A DNA stretch of 64,000 nt from Actinomycetes bacterium (lineage in GTDB: Bacteria; Actinomycetota; Acidimicrobiia; Acidimicrobiales; Acidimicrobiaceae): assembly GCA_021785255.1 (NCBI GenBank), contig JAJYGA010000009.1, forward strand, positions 11,397 through 75,396, read 5' to 3'. Shown here piece by piece: positions 17,284-25,375 of this stretch. The notes below the pieces were generated by a model. The model had not been told where the DNA came from, searched no databases, and saw only the letters and a list, made by a program, of their open reading frames with translations. The position numbers were made by a program, and so were the translations under genes. Within the stretch, counting starts at the first letter, position 1; every line of letters starts with the position of its first letter.

Positions 17284-18120
17284 ATGCTGTCACTTAAGTT
17301 TTATGGAGTTCGCGGGTCGTTCCCATCACCTGGTTCAGCTATGTCGTATTTTGGCGGAAATACTTCATGCGTGGCTGTCTGCAACGAGGTGGCGTCCCAA
17401 CGTGAGGCGCTTCTTTTGGATGTTGGAAGCGGAGCGGTAAGCGCATCTGAAGAGCTTCTTGCCAAAGGTGTGAGACGATTTCATATATTTCTTTCCCATC
17501 TTCACTGGGACCATGTGCAGGGGTTTCCTTTCATGAGCCTCTTGGATCGGAAAGACTGTGAAGTGGATCTTTATGGCCCAGCAGAGTATGCACCATTGGA
17601 ACAGGTCTTCTCTCAAGTTATGTCTCCTCCCCTTTTCCCGGTGGACCTGAAAAAAAGGGGTGCTGTGGTTCAATTTCTAGAGATTTCGAAGCCGGTTCAT
17701 CTGGAGAGTTTGCGTGTCGAAGTGACGCCGATAGCGATATCTCATAGCGATCCCGCGCTTGGATATAGGCTTGACTCAGGCACTTCGTCAGTTGCGTACC
17801 TTACAGATCATCAATGTGGTCATGACTTTAGCTTTATTTCGAAGGAGCTTGTTTCGTGGGCACAGGGCGTAAATACGCTTATTCACGATGCTCAATACAC
17901 CAAAACCGAGTTCTCTCAAAAGTCGGACTGGGGCCACTCTACCTATGAGTTTGCTGTAAAGATGGCGGAACTGGCTAACGCTAAACGGCTTATCTTCTTT
18001 CACCATGATCCAAAGCGCTCTGATGAAGAACTCTTGTTGATTCTTAAAGATTGGAGCACAAAGGCTCTACCTTTTGAGCTGTTGGCTGCCAGAGAAGGCG
18101 AGGAGTTTCAGATCGACTAG
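17284..18120 (+). CDS. MBL-fold metallo-hydrolase
   Basis: HxHxDH motif (SHLHWDHVQG), a later His/Asp ligand pattern (ISHSD, WGHST, FFHHDP). 278 aa. Confidence 0.85.
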   Translation: MLSLKFYGVRGSFPSPGSAMSYFGGNTSCVAVCNEVASQREALLLDVGSGAVSASEELLAKGVRRFHIFLSHLHWDHVQGFPFMSLLDRKDCEVDLYGPAEYAPLEQVFSQVMSPPLFPVDLKKRGAVVQFLEISKPVHLESLRVEVTPIAISHSDPALGYRLDSGTSSVAYLTDHQCGHDFSFISKELVSWAQGVNTLIHDAQYTKTEFSQKSDWGHSTYEFAVKMAELANAKRLIFFHHDPKRSDEELLLILKDWSTKALPFELLAAREGEEFQID

Positions 18121-18325
18121 TTGAATAAAGTGAGCTACGCGGCTGTTAGCGTACAACATAGAACTCCAAAGTGTACTTGCTTGAAGTCTTGCTCCAATGG
18201 CAAGTGTCGAAGCAATGATTCTCATCTGCGCAAATGTCGTGACGGCTGAGCCTTTTATGCTGGATTTGATGGCGTTTCAGGGTCTTGCCTGGCTAGGGTT
18301 TTGATGCAATAGCAGTAGCTAATTC

Positions 18326-18889
18326 ATGGAGGCAGTTTTGGCCGAAATAGTTGAAGTTCAAGAGATACGAGGAGTGTACCTAGTTACTCCCCAAAGTTTT
18401 GAAGATGACCGCGGTATATTTGCTGAGACCTATCGTAGATCATGGTTCCCAGAAGGACGAGAGATGGTGCAAGGATCTCGTTCTGACAAAACTCCTGGTT
18501 CTCTGGTTGGACTTCACTATCATTTACACCAGGCCGACTACTGGTACGTGGTAAGCGGAAGAGCTCAAGTGGTTTTGGCGGACATAAGAGTAGGTTCTCC
18601 AACGGAGCTTGGTGTCTTTTCCATAGAACTAGGTAATCATAATTTGCAGGGCTTGTTTATACCACCAGGAGTTGCTCATGGATTTGCGTGTCTGGAGCAG
18701 ATGGTACTTACTTACTTGGTCGATGGGTACTATAACCCAAGAGATGAACTCGGAATACGATTTGACGATCCAGAACTAGCCATTACTTGGGCACTCTCCA
18801 ATCCAACTATCTCAGCGCGGGACGACAAAAATCCGTTACTTAGCAAACTCGATGACTATCTCCGACCAAGGTACGGCCTAAGAACTTAG
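18326..18889 (+). CDS. rmlC: dTDP-4-dehydrorhamnose 3,5-epimerase family (cupin)
   Basis: FEDDRGIFAETY, GLHYHLHQADYWYVVSGRAQVVLADIR and FIPPGVAHGF are typical RmlC blocks. Confidence 0.8.
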   Translation: MEAVLAEIVEVQEIRGVYLVTPQSFEDDRGIFAETYRRSWFPEGREMVQGSRSDKTPGSLVGLHYHLHQADYWYVVSGRAQVVLADIRVGSPTELGVFSIELGNHNLQGLFIPPGVAHGFACLEQMVLTYLVDGYYNPRDELGIRFDDPELAITWALSNPTISARDDKNPLLSKLDDYLRPRYGLRT

Positions 18890-18969
18890 GATTGTTACTT
18901 TCTGTGATAAACTTATGCTCTGACTTTCGCTTAAACTGAGTAGGTCAGGTCGAGGCGCGGAGGAAAGAG

Positions 18970-20724
18970 ATGGATACCCGCATGGGCGTTGATGTTCGCG
19001 TAGATGATATCGAGCGCGCCCGTCTAGCAGGTGCGGCCGCTCGAAAACTAAGTTTTATCGTTATTCTGACGACAGTGCTGCTGCTTTTAGTGGCAAGAGA
19101 TCTATACAGAGAGTTTTCGGGGGGCAACCTTGGCTTTAGTATCCAACTGCCACTTGGTCTTTCTTCCTACTTTCCAGCTCTAGTTTTGATTGCACTATTG
19201 GTAGGGGCTATTGCTCTGCCTATGCTGGGACTCGGGCGATCCCCTCACCAGCTTGTTCGTCCATCTGATATAGATGTAAGCTCAACTGATATTTTAGGTG
19301 CTCCTCAAACGGTCAAGATGATTGATCAACTTATCAAAGAGTATAGGAACTTCGCTACCTTGAAAGAAAGTTTTGGCGCCTCACCACCTCGTGCGATCCT
19401 TTTCGAAGGTCCTCCAGGTACAGGTAAAACGATGGCAGCCAAGGTAATCGCGAGAGAGTCAGGCGTGCCGTTTCTCTTTGTTAGTGGCTCAGCTTTTCAA
19501 GCGATGTACTACGGACAAAGCAGTAAGAAAGTGCGTTCATACTTCAAGCACCTTCGAAAGTTAGCTCGAAACTACGGAGGCGCTATCGGGTTTATAGAGG
19601 AGTTTGACGCTATAGGCGCTTCTAGATCGAGTATGGGAGCTCCTCAAACCTCTGATGGTGTAAGTGGTGTTGTGGCAGAACTTCTGGTACAGTTGCAGTC
19701 TTTTGAAAGCCGTACGTGGCTGGAGCGAGTTGGTAATTTTGAGATATTTTCTCCTTTAAAGGGTCGCCCTTCCCCTCGATTTTTGGTTATTGCTGCGACT
19801 AACCGAGCTTCGGAGTTGGATCCAGCACTGATGCGTCCAGGTCGATTCGACAGATCTATACATTTTGAGCTTCCTAATGCAAGTGCCCGTAAAGAGATGC
19901 TCTTTGGATTGTTAGATGTTCGTCGTATCAACTGTGATGTTGATGTGGAGACTGCAACGATTGAAAAGATCTCTTCAATGTCCAGTGGTCTCTCCCAAGC
20001 AAGCATATTTAGGTTGGTGGAAGAGGCCGGGGTTCTGGCATTTCATGACGACCGTAACGTCATTACTGACGCTGATCTATGGAATGCGTTCACTCATATG
20101 TCGTTGGGAAGAAATGCAGGAGCGCCATATGGAGACTTTGAAAAGTTAGTGGTTGCTGTGCATGAGGCTGGGCATGCCACGTATCGTTGGTTCGGAGGTG
20201 GCAAGGCGGACCTTGGGGTCGTCTCTATTTTGAAGAGGGGAGAGGCGCTGGGACTTACCGCTGCATATCATCTGGAAGATCGCTATCTAGTTACCAAAGA
20301 TGATCTCTTAGATGAGATCGCAGCTTTGTTTTCAGGTATGGTAGCAGAAGAGTTAATCTTTAGAGAGATTAGTACCGGCTCTGCTTCCGATCTCAAACGT
20401 GCAAGTTCGATTGCTTTGAAGTATGTGTGCAGTTTTGGCATGGGAAGTTCTCTCGTCTCTACTGGAGAGTTGTCTCCTCAAGCAGAGATCGCGCTTTTAA
20501 CCTCAGATGGATCTGTGAAAGTAGAAGTCGAGTTGGTGCTGGAAGAAGGGAAAAGGCGCTGCTCAGAAATCATCACTACCCATCTCTCCCAGCTTTGGCG
20601 CTTATCACTTAGCTTGTATGAGACGGAGGAACTTGATGCTAAGGCCGTTGAACGTCTACTCGGACAACGATCAACGAAGACTAGTACGATAGTACTTAGC
20701 GACTTTAGCCCCCTTTCGCAGTGA
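18970..20724 (+). CDS. FtsH-family AAA+ zinc metalloprotease paralogue with a very short extracytoplasmic loop
   Basis: Two N-terminal TM helices lie only about 20 aa apart. Walker A GPPGTGKTM, Walker B FIEEFDAIG, SRH ATNRASELDPALMRPGRFD, zinc site VHEAGHA. Confidence 0.8.
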   Translation: MDTRMGVDVRVDDIERARLAGAAARKLSFIVILTTVLLLLVARDLYREFSGGNLGFSIQLPLGLSSYFPALVLIALLVGAIALPMLGLGRSPHQLVRPSDIDVSSTDILGAPQTVKMIDQLIKEYRNFATLKESFGASPPRAILFEGPPGTGKTMAAKVIARESGVPFLFVSGSAFQAMYYGQSSKKVRSYFKHLRKLARNYGGAIGFIEEFDAIGASRSSMGAPQTSDGVSGVVAELLVQLQSFESRTWLERVGNFEIFSPLKGRPSPRFLVIAATNRASELDPALMRPGRFDRSIHFELPNASARKEMLFGLLDVRRINCDVDVETATIEKISSMSSGLSQASIFRLVEEAGVLAFHDDRNVITDADLWNAFTHMSLGRNAGAPYGDFEKLVVAVHEAGHATYRWFGGGKADLGVVSILKRGEALGLTAAYHLEDRYLVTKDDLLDEIAALFSGMVAEELIFREISTGSASDLKRASSIALKYVCSFGMGSSLVSTGELSPQAEIALLTSDGSVKVEVELVLEEGKRRCSEIITTHLSQLWRLSLSLYETEELDAKAVERLLGQRSTKTSTIVLSDFSPLSQ

Positions 20725-20889
20725 AGAGAAGTTAATGCAGTTAATGTGGGCGCTAAAATTACTAGAAGTTCTCAAGAAATTTTGAGAACGACCATATATC
20801 CTTACGTGCTGGAGCGATTCAAAATCTGAACCCGTTGGGCATTGTCGCTAAGATAGTTTTGGACCGTTTTACGAAAGAGAGGATCACTC

Positions 20890-21942
20890 GTGACGGCGAT
20901 TTTAGTTGTTGCCATAATCGTCTTGCTAGTTGGGGCGATCTCAGGCGCGACCATGTCAGCGATCGGCAAAGAGAGAAAGTCGATAGAGTCTCATAAAAAG
21001 GTCTTGAGCGTGATGGAAGATTTGGCGAGTTCTACCACTGAGAACAGAACCCAAACCAAATCCAAAGATCCTGAAGGTGCACGGATTCATGTGAGGGCTG
21101 TGAGACCAATTGGGCAAAGAACCAATGGAAGCGCTAAGGCGGTATTTACTCAAAGCGATGATCCTCTTACGGTAGCAGCCAAGAGTCGTGGTCGTATCAT
21201 TGGACTTCATGGTGACAGGTTTTTTGTGGAAGAAGGTGACGAGAATCCCAAGACACTTCAGATTCCAATCGTAAATCTTAAAGAAACTGACGAACACGTT
21301 CACCAATTCAGTGAGTTGGAGAGCAATGATTTAGCTGAAGATCCAAAAGACGAGTCTCGTGTTTCTAATAAAACGGTTATCGAAGACTACCCAGAGCCAG
21401 AGCCAGAGTTGGATGATCGACAACAAAGAGCTGTGCCCTTGCATGTTTCTCACGCCCCTCAGATGAAGATTGGTTCTGTGGTTATGGCAGTTGGGGTTGG
21501 AGTGATTGGTGTATCCGCTCTTGTCTTTAAGGTGGCGACCACCTCTTACTCCTCGAAGAACTTTGCCTCAACCTCTCTTTCTCCAAAGAAGTCAAGCTCA
21601 AGTTCATCTAAGAAGAATTCGACCACCACGACTACAGCTCCTCTTCAAATAACTCCGACAGCTTCTAACGCTGCTGGCGCTACTTATAACGTGTCTGGAG
21701 GGACTTTAACGATTCAACTTACGGCCTCGGCGCCGTGTTGGGTTGAGCAGTCTAATGTGCCATATGGAAAGTTATATTTTGCACAGACGTTGGCAGCTGG
21801 TCAAAGTCAGATTCTTACTACTTCGGCTCCAGTTTGGATTAGAACTGGAAATGTGGGAGCTCTTTCTGTAAAGATCAATAATGTGCCTGTGGTGATATCG
21901 GCACCTCCAGGAGCATACAACCTCTCCTTCAATGCTGGCTAA
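20890..21942 (+). CDS. Single-pass membrane protein with a RodZ-C (DUF4115)-like C-terminal domain
   Basis: GTG start, an N-terminal TM helix, an acidic linker, a second TM helix and a Ser/Thr-rich spacer. The C-terminus TIQLTASAPCWVEQSN...IRTGNVGALSVKINNVPV resembles the RodZ C-terminal beta domain. Confidence 0.55.
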   Translation: MTAILVVAIIVLLVGAISGATMSAIGKERKSIESHKKVLSVMEDLASSTTENRTQTKSKDPEGARIHVRAVRPIGQRTNGSAKAVFTQSDDPLTVAAKSRGRIIGLHGDRFFVEEGDENPKTLQIPIVNLKETDEHVHQFSELESNDLAEDPKDESRVSNKTVIEDYPEPEPELDDRQQRAVPLHVSHAPQMKIGSVVMAVGVGVIGVSALVFKVATTSYSSKNFASTSLSPKKSSSSSSKKNSTTTTTAPLQITPTASNAAGATYNVSGGTLTIQLTASAPCWVEQSNVPYGKLYFAQTLAAGQSQILTTSAPVWIRTGNVGALSVKINNVPVVISAPPGAYNLSFNAG

Positions 21943-21955
21943 GTCATGAGTTTTG

Positions 21956-22291
21956 TTAACGGTGAGTATTCCACGACTCTTTATTAGTGAGTCCACTAAC
22001 TCTTTTGTGCGACATGAGGTCGTCTGATTTAACTGTTCCAAAGTCCGAAAGGAAGAACTTGTCAGTCAGATGACAAAGCCCACCGGCAAATGCGAGAGGG
22101 GTAATCGACCTGTGTGAAGCTGTCGGAAAAATACCCATGGAGTATCCGTAAGCTAATCCGTGAGGAGAGGTTGAAACTGTTAGCAACCAGGCGGTAAGGG
22201 ACGAGGCTAGCTGGTAAGGGCAACATATGTGAGCAGCCGGATAAACATCGTGATGATAAACAAGCCAAAGTTGCTGAAAGGCTTGAACCAA
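21956..22291 (-). CDS. Hypothetical small hydrophobic protein, possibly a truncated membrane hydrolase remnant
   Basis: 111-aa ORF abutting the island's left repeat. HRSITP ... GGLCHLTDKFF is faintly reminiscent of YdjM-type membrane hydrolases. The support is weak. Confidence 0.3.
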   Translation of the reverse strand: MVQAFQQLWLVYHHDVYPAAHICCPYQLASSLTAWLLTVSTSPHGLAYGYSMGIFPTASHRSITPLAFAGGLCHLTDKFFLSDFGTVKSDDLMSHKRVSGLTNKESWNTHR

Positions 22292-22560
22292 ATAGGTATG
22301 TGGGACGGTCGCATCATTTGAAAACAGGTTCGCGTGTTAGCTTGATGGAGTATTTTCCCACCTATGGATGTGAAGCTCCAACTACTTGTGCAACTTCACG
22401 GTTGGATATTGATGGTGACGACTCTTTGATCGTCACAGTACTTTCAGTCACAAATGGTTCCAACGACCATCCCCTTTTCTTTTCACTGCCCACTCCTTGT
22501 AACTAGATCTAACGATCTGACTTAGCTACAAGTTTGTCGCATTCACCCACTTCAAATACT

Positions 22561-22634
22561 GGTAAAGAGTTTCCGGAATGAATGGAAACGTATTACTGGA
22601 ATGGGTGGAAAACTCAAGTTAGTGGAATATTCAT
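22561..22634. repeat. Left copy of the imperfect direct repeat bracketing the 22.56-26.23 kb island
   Basis: ggtaaagagtttccggaatgaatggaaacgtattactgg...aatattcat matches 26178-26226 (ggttaaagagtttccggaatgggtggaaacgtattactgggatattcat). The left copy has an extra ~26 nt that re-duplicates ggaatgggtggaaa. Confidence 0.85.
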
Positions 22635-22649
22635 GCACTTCGAGGAGGT

Positions 22650-22840
22650 CTCCGGACGGTCCGGGCTGCTACTGAGGCATGCGGTCACTGTGATCGCGGA
22701 TGATGTCGACGCCCACTTCGAGCGAGCAGAACGCGAGGGTACCGCCCTACTCGGGGCGCCAAAGGATCAACCGTGGGGGTCCGCGACTACGTTGCCCTCG
22801 ATCCGGAGGAACACCAGTGAAAGTTCGCCACCGCGACGGT
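22650..22840 (+). pseudogene. C-terminal fragment of a GC-rich VOC (glyoxalase/bleomycin-resistance) family gene
   Basis: It reads ...VIADDVDAHFERAEREGTALLGAPKDQPWG. After a frameshift it continues VRDYVALDPEEHQ*KFATA, with TGA where the conserved Trp is expected. There is no N-terminal half. Confidence 0.6.
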
Positions 22841-22984
22841 CACTCCGTCATACATCTGGTCCTCGGTCCGGTCGACGTGGCCATTGACAAGTCGTGCCTG
22901 CTCGCTGCACAAGTCGACGTTCCGACCGTCAGGAAGCGGCCGCCGCCAATCTTTCCGGAGTCCGCTTCCGCTATACTGGCGCGG

Positions 22985-23854
22985 GTGACCAGCATCGACT
23001 ACAGCGACCGTCGGCGGCAGCTGCTGGCCAACGTCGCTGAGTGGGCCGGGTCCGAGCAGAATATACGGGTGGCGATCCTCACCGGGTCTGCTGCCCGCGA
23101 AGCCGATGATAGTGACGCCCTGTCGGATCTCGACATCGAGCTGTACGTGGAAGATCCCGCAGCCCTCCTAAGCGAACGGTCCTGGTACCGGCGCTTCGGC
23201 AGGGTGCTGGCGGTAGAGGAGCTGCCCAATCCCGGCTGGCACCCCACACGCCTTCTCTACCTCCAAGGCGGGAAGATCGACTTCATGATCGCCTCTTGGG
23301 CCGCCCTTCCCGGCACTCGCTATGAACGTGTCTACCGGGTGCTGGTGGACAAGGACTCGCTCACCGTCGATCTGCCGCCCCCAGAGCGGACGGACGTTGC
23401 ACCACCCACTCCAGAGGCGTTCGACACCTGCGTCAACTGGTTCTCGGCCGCCGCGATCATGAGCGCCCGCTGCATTGCCCGCGGCGATCCGTGGGCCGCC
23501 AAGTTCCGCGACTGGGACCTCAAGGTGGAGCTGCTCAAGATGATCGAGTGGGACCACCGAGCTCGCTACGGCTGGGACTACGACACCTGGTTCAACGCTA
23601 AGCACCTCGATCTCTGGGTCGACGCGGAGATTCGTTCGGCGCTCGATTCCTGCTGGGCCGGGTTCTCCCCAGCTGACGCCACGTTGGCGCTGCTTGCCTC
23701 CATGGATCTGTTCGTGCGGCTGGCGGAAAGGACGGCACCGGCAGTCGGAGCGGCCTGGGTCGAGAGTTCGGCGGTGTGCCGGGAGGTGGAGACAATCCTT
23801 GCCATGGGTGGGTTCGGTGGGCCGGACGTCTCATCGGACGCCCCGTCGGTCTGA
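22985..23854 (+). CDS. ANT(6)/AadK-family aminoglycoside (streptomycin-type) nucleotidyltransferase
   Basis: From GTG 22985 it reads TSIDYSDRRRQLLANVAEWAGSEQNIRVAILTGSAAREADDSDALSDLDIELYV. This parallels the AadK region ...ERIRLVTLEGSRTN...DYDISYFV. PTPEAFDTCVNWFSAAAIMSARCIARGD parallels PTAREFDDCCNEFWMVSTYVVKGLARNE. The gene is strongly GC-rich with GC-biased third positions. Confidence 0.7.
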   Translation: MTSIDYSDRRRQLLANVAEWAGSEQNIRVAILTGSAAREADDSDALSDLDIELYVEDPAALLSERSWYRRFGRVLAVEELPNPGWHPTRLLYLQGGKIDFMIASWAALPGTRYERVYRVLVDKDSLTVDLPPPERTDVAPPTPEAFDTCVNWFSAAAIMSARCIARGDPWAAKFRDWDLKVELLKMIEWDHRARYGWDYDTWFNAKHLDLWVDAEIRSALDSCWAGFSPADATLALLASMDLFVRLAERTAPAVGAAWVESSAVCREVETILAMGGFGGPDVSSDAPSV

Positions 23855-24494
23855 GCTTTCCGAGGCCCGGGGTTGTTGGGATAGGTGCTCGGCAACCCAC
23901 CGGTGTGAGAAATCTTTGTTCGCTCGAGCTCTCGTAGCGCGGGTATCACTCCGGTGGCGATCCGTTCTCTTTGTTCTGGTGCCGATGGACCAAGAGGCAT
24001 GAAGTTGAACGCTGAGGACCCACCGCCCCAGCTGGTATCTCAGAGACGGCGAGAACCAAGGCAGGAACGAAGGAGACGCCTGGCCAACTGACGGTTTACA
24101 GTCCTAGATGCGAAATGTGCGACAGACGTGAACGCAAAGCAAACACATGTGCGCCTATCCTTCCCCGCCTCAAAGGGCCAGGTCTGTCGGCGTGTTTGAT
24201 CACTTATCTTGCTCGAATTCACATTAACGACCAGTGGGAGCTTGACTACCTTTATTGCAAGTATGGCGTTTGGGTTATTTATTGGTTGTGTAGGATAGGC
24301 CTATGGCGACACAACATGCTGATGGAAGGTTGACATACATGAGTAGAGGAGTTCCAGTTGCTTACTACTAAGGTGGCGACATTCTTGGTCATTGCTGCGT
24401 TCGTGCTGGGTCTTAGGTCGATGTGGACTGGTAACAGATCTTGGATCATCTTGACTTACACTTCCCTAATGGGCGTGTGTAGCGTCATCGGAAT

Positions 24495-24570
24495 CGTGAG
24501 GCTTCTCGGATTTGGGTGAAGCGAACCTCCCCGCCCTTACAGACGGGGCTTCTGGCTCCGCCGTTTGGTT
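24495..24570 (-). ncRNA. Orphan TnpB right-end RNA scaffold relic, homologous to 13045-13110
   Basis: The minus strand reads ccccaaccaaacggcggagccagaagccccgtctgtaagggcggggaggttcgc. The copy at 13.05-13.11 kb reads caaccaaccagggccgcgtgagcggctatgcaagcctcgtccgtaagggcagggtggatgtcac. No tnpB is attached. Confidence 0.4.
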
Positions 24571-24692
24571 GGGGTTACCTGGCATCGCTGTTACCAGCAA
24601 CATTAAATTGACCCACTTCCAGCGTTAAAAGGAACCCCACCCAACAGACAATACTCTTGAGTGAAGTATCTAATTTCACGAAGGAGTTTTAC

Positions 24693-25034
24693 ATGCTGAA
24701 AGGTAGGTTACTTAAGAACATATTTGATTTGAAAGCACAAGGTCTTAGTTACCGGGCAATTGCCCGAGAGACTGGGCATTCAAGAAATACCGTGCGTAAA
24801 TATCTAAGAGATGGAGCGAGCACGAAACGAAACGAGACAAAGTTGCCGAGAGTATCAAAGCTCGATCCCTACAAAGATGAAGTAAATCGGCTTGTATCTG
24901 AAGGGCTTTTAAGTGTACCAGTAATCATGTCAAAAATTGTTCCACTTGGTTATACAGGTAAAGAAAGCATCTTGAGAACATATGTTAGAAGCATTCGACC
25001 GCCCACAAAGCCAAGACAAACAGCTACCAGATAA
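24693..25034 (+). mobile_element. istA: IS21-family IstA transposase, N-terminal HTH fragment only (truncated)
   Basis: MLKGRLLKNIFDLKAQGLSYRAIARETGHSRNTVRKYLRDG...SKLDPYKDEVNRLV...GYTGKESILRTYVRSIRP matches the IstA N-terminus. It stops after about 113 aa and the DDE domain is absent. Confidence 0.8.
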
Positions 25035-25063
25035 ACAGTCTCAGTCCGTTTGGGAAGTATTAG

Positions 25064-25375
25064 CTACTCTGATTCCAGAGGAACAAAAGACATATTCCAG
25101 TGTCCCTGTTCAGAGTTTCCTTGAATAACAATGGGCTCCAAATATTTTTGCATGGAGGCGAAGATCTCGTCAGCACTTTTAGTCCATATGAAGGGTTTGG
25201 GACTCTCGTTCGAACTCTGAGTCCACTTGGTAATGCCTTTGGTTAGTTCGTTTACACCATGGTGGACACTTAGTTGTAGATAACTTGGTGGCACGAGCTG
25301 AGAACCATCTCTCTACTTGGTTCATCCACGAAGAATACGTCGGTGCGAAGTGGAACTCAAACCTCGGCTGGGCAA
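25064..25375 (-). pseudogene. IS630-family transposase C-terminal fragment, frameshifted
   Basis: QPRFEFHFAPTYSSWMNQVERWFSA is in one frame and ...ESPKPFIWTKSADEIFASMQKY in another. Both are hallmark IS630 (DDE_3) C-terminal blocks. Confidence 0.8.

Noticed and set aside
22582-22887. 101-aa ORF METYYWNGWK... spanning the left repeat and the VOC fragment
   Set aside because: It is a chimera of AT-richer repeat sequence and the GC-rich C-terminal part of a VOC gene. It then continues out of the VOC frame, so it is not a functional gene.
22700-22984. 95-codon N-terminal extension of the nucleotidyltransferase ORF (supplied as 22700-23854)
   Set aside because: The extension overlaps the VOC-gene remnant, is Arg/Pro-rich, and has no counterpart in AadK-type proteins. 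GTG 22985 gives an N-terminus that aligns with the family.
22999-24002. Cluster of long overlapping ORFs (22999-23247, 23168-23605, 23332-23538, 23578-24000, 23598-23900 on the minus strand; 23694-24002 on the plus strand)
   Set aside because: They fall in the GC-rich segment, where stop codons are rare in every frame. They overlap the well-supported ANT(6)-family frame, and their products are Arg/Pro/Ala-rich low-complexity sequences typical of GC-rich shadow ORFs.
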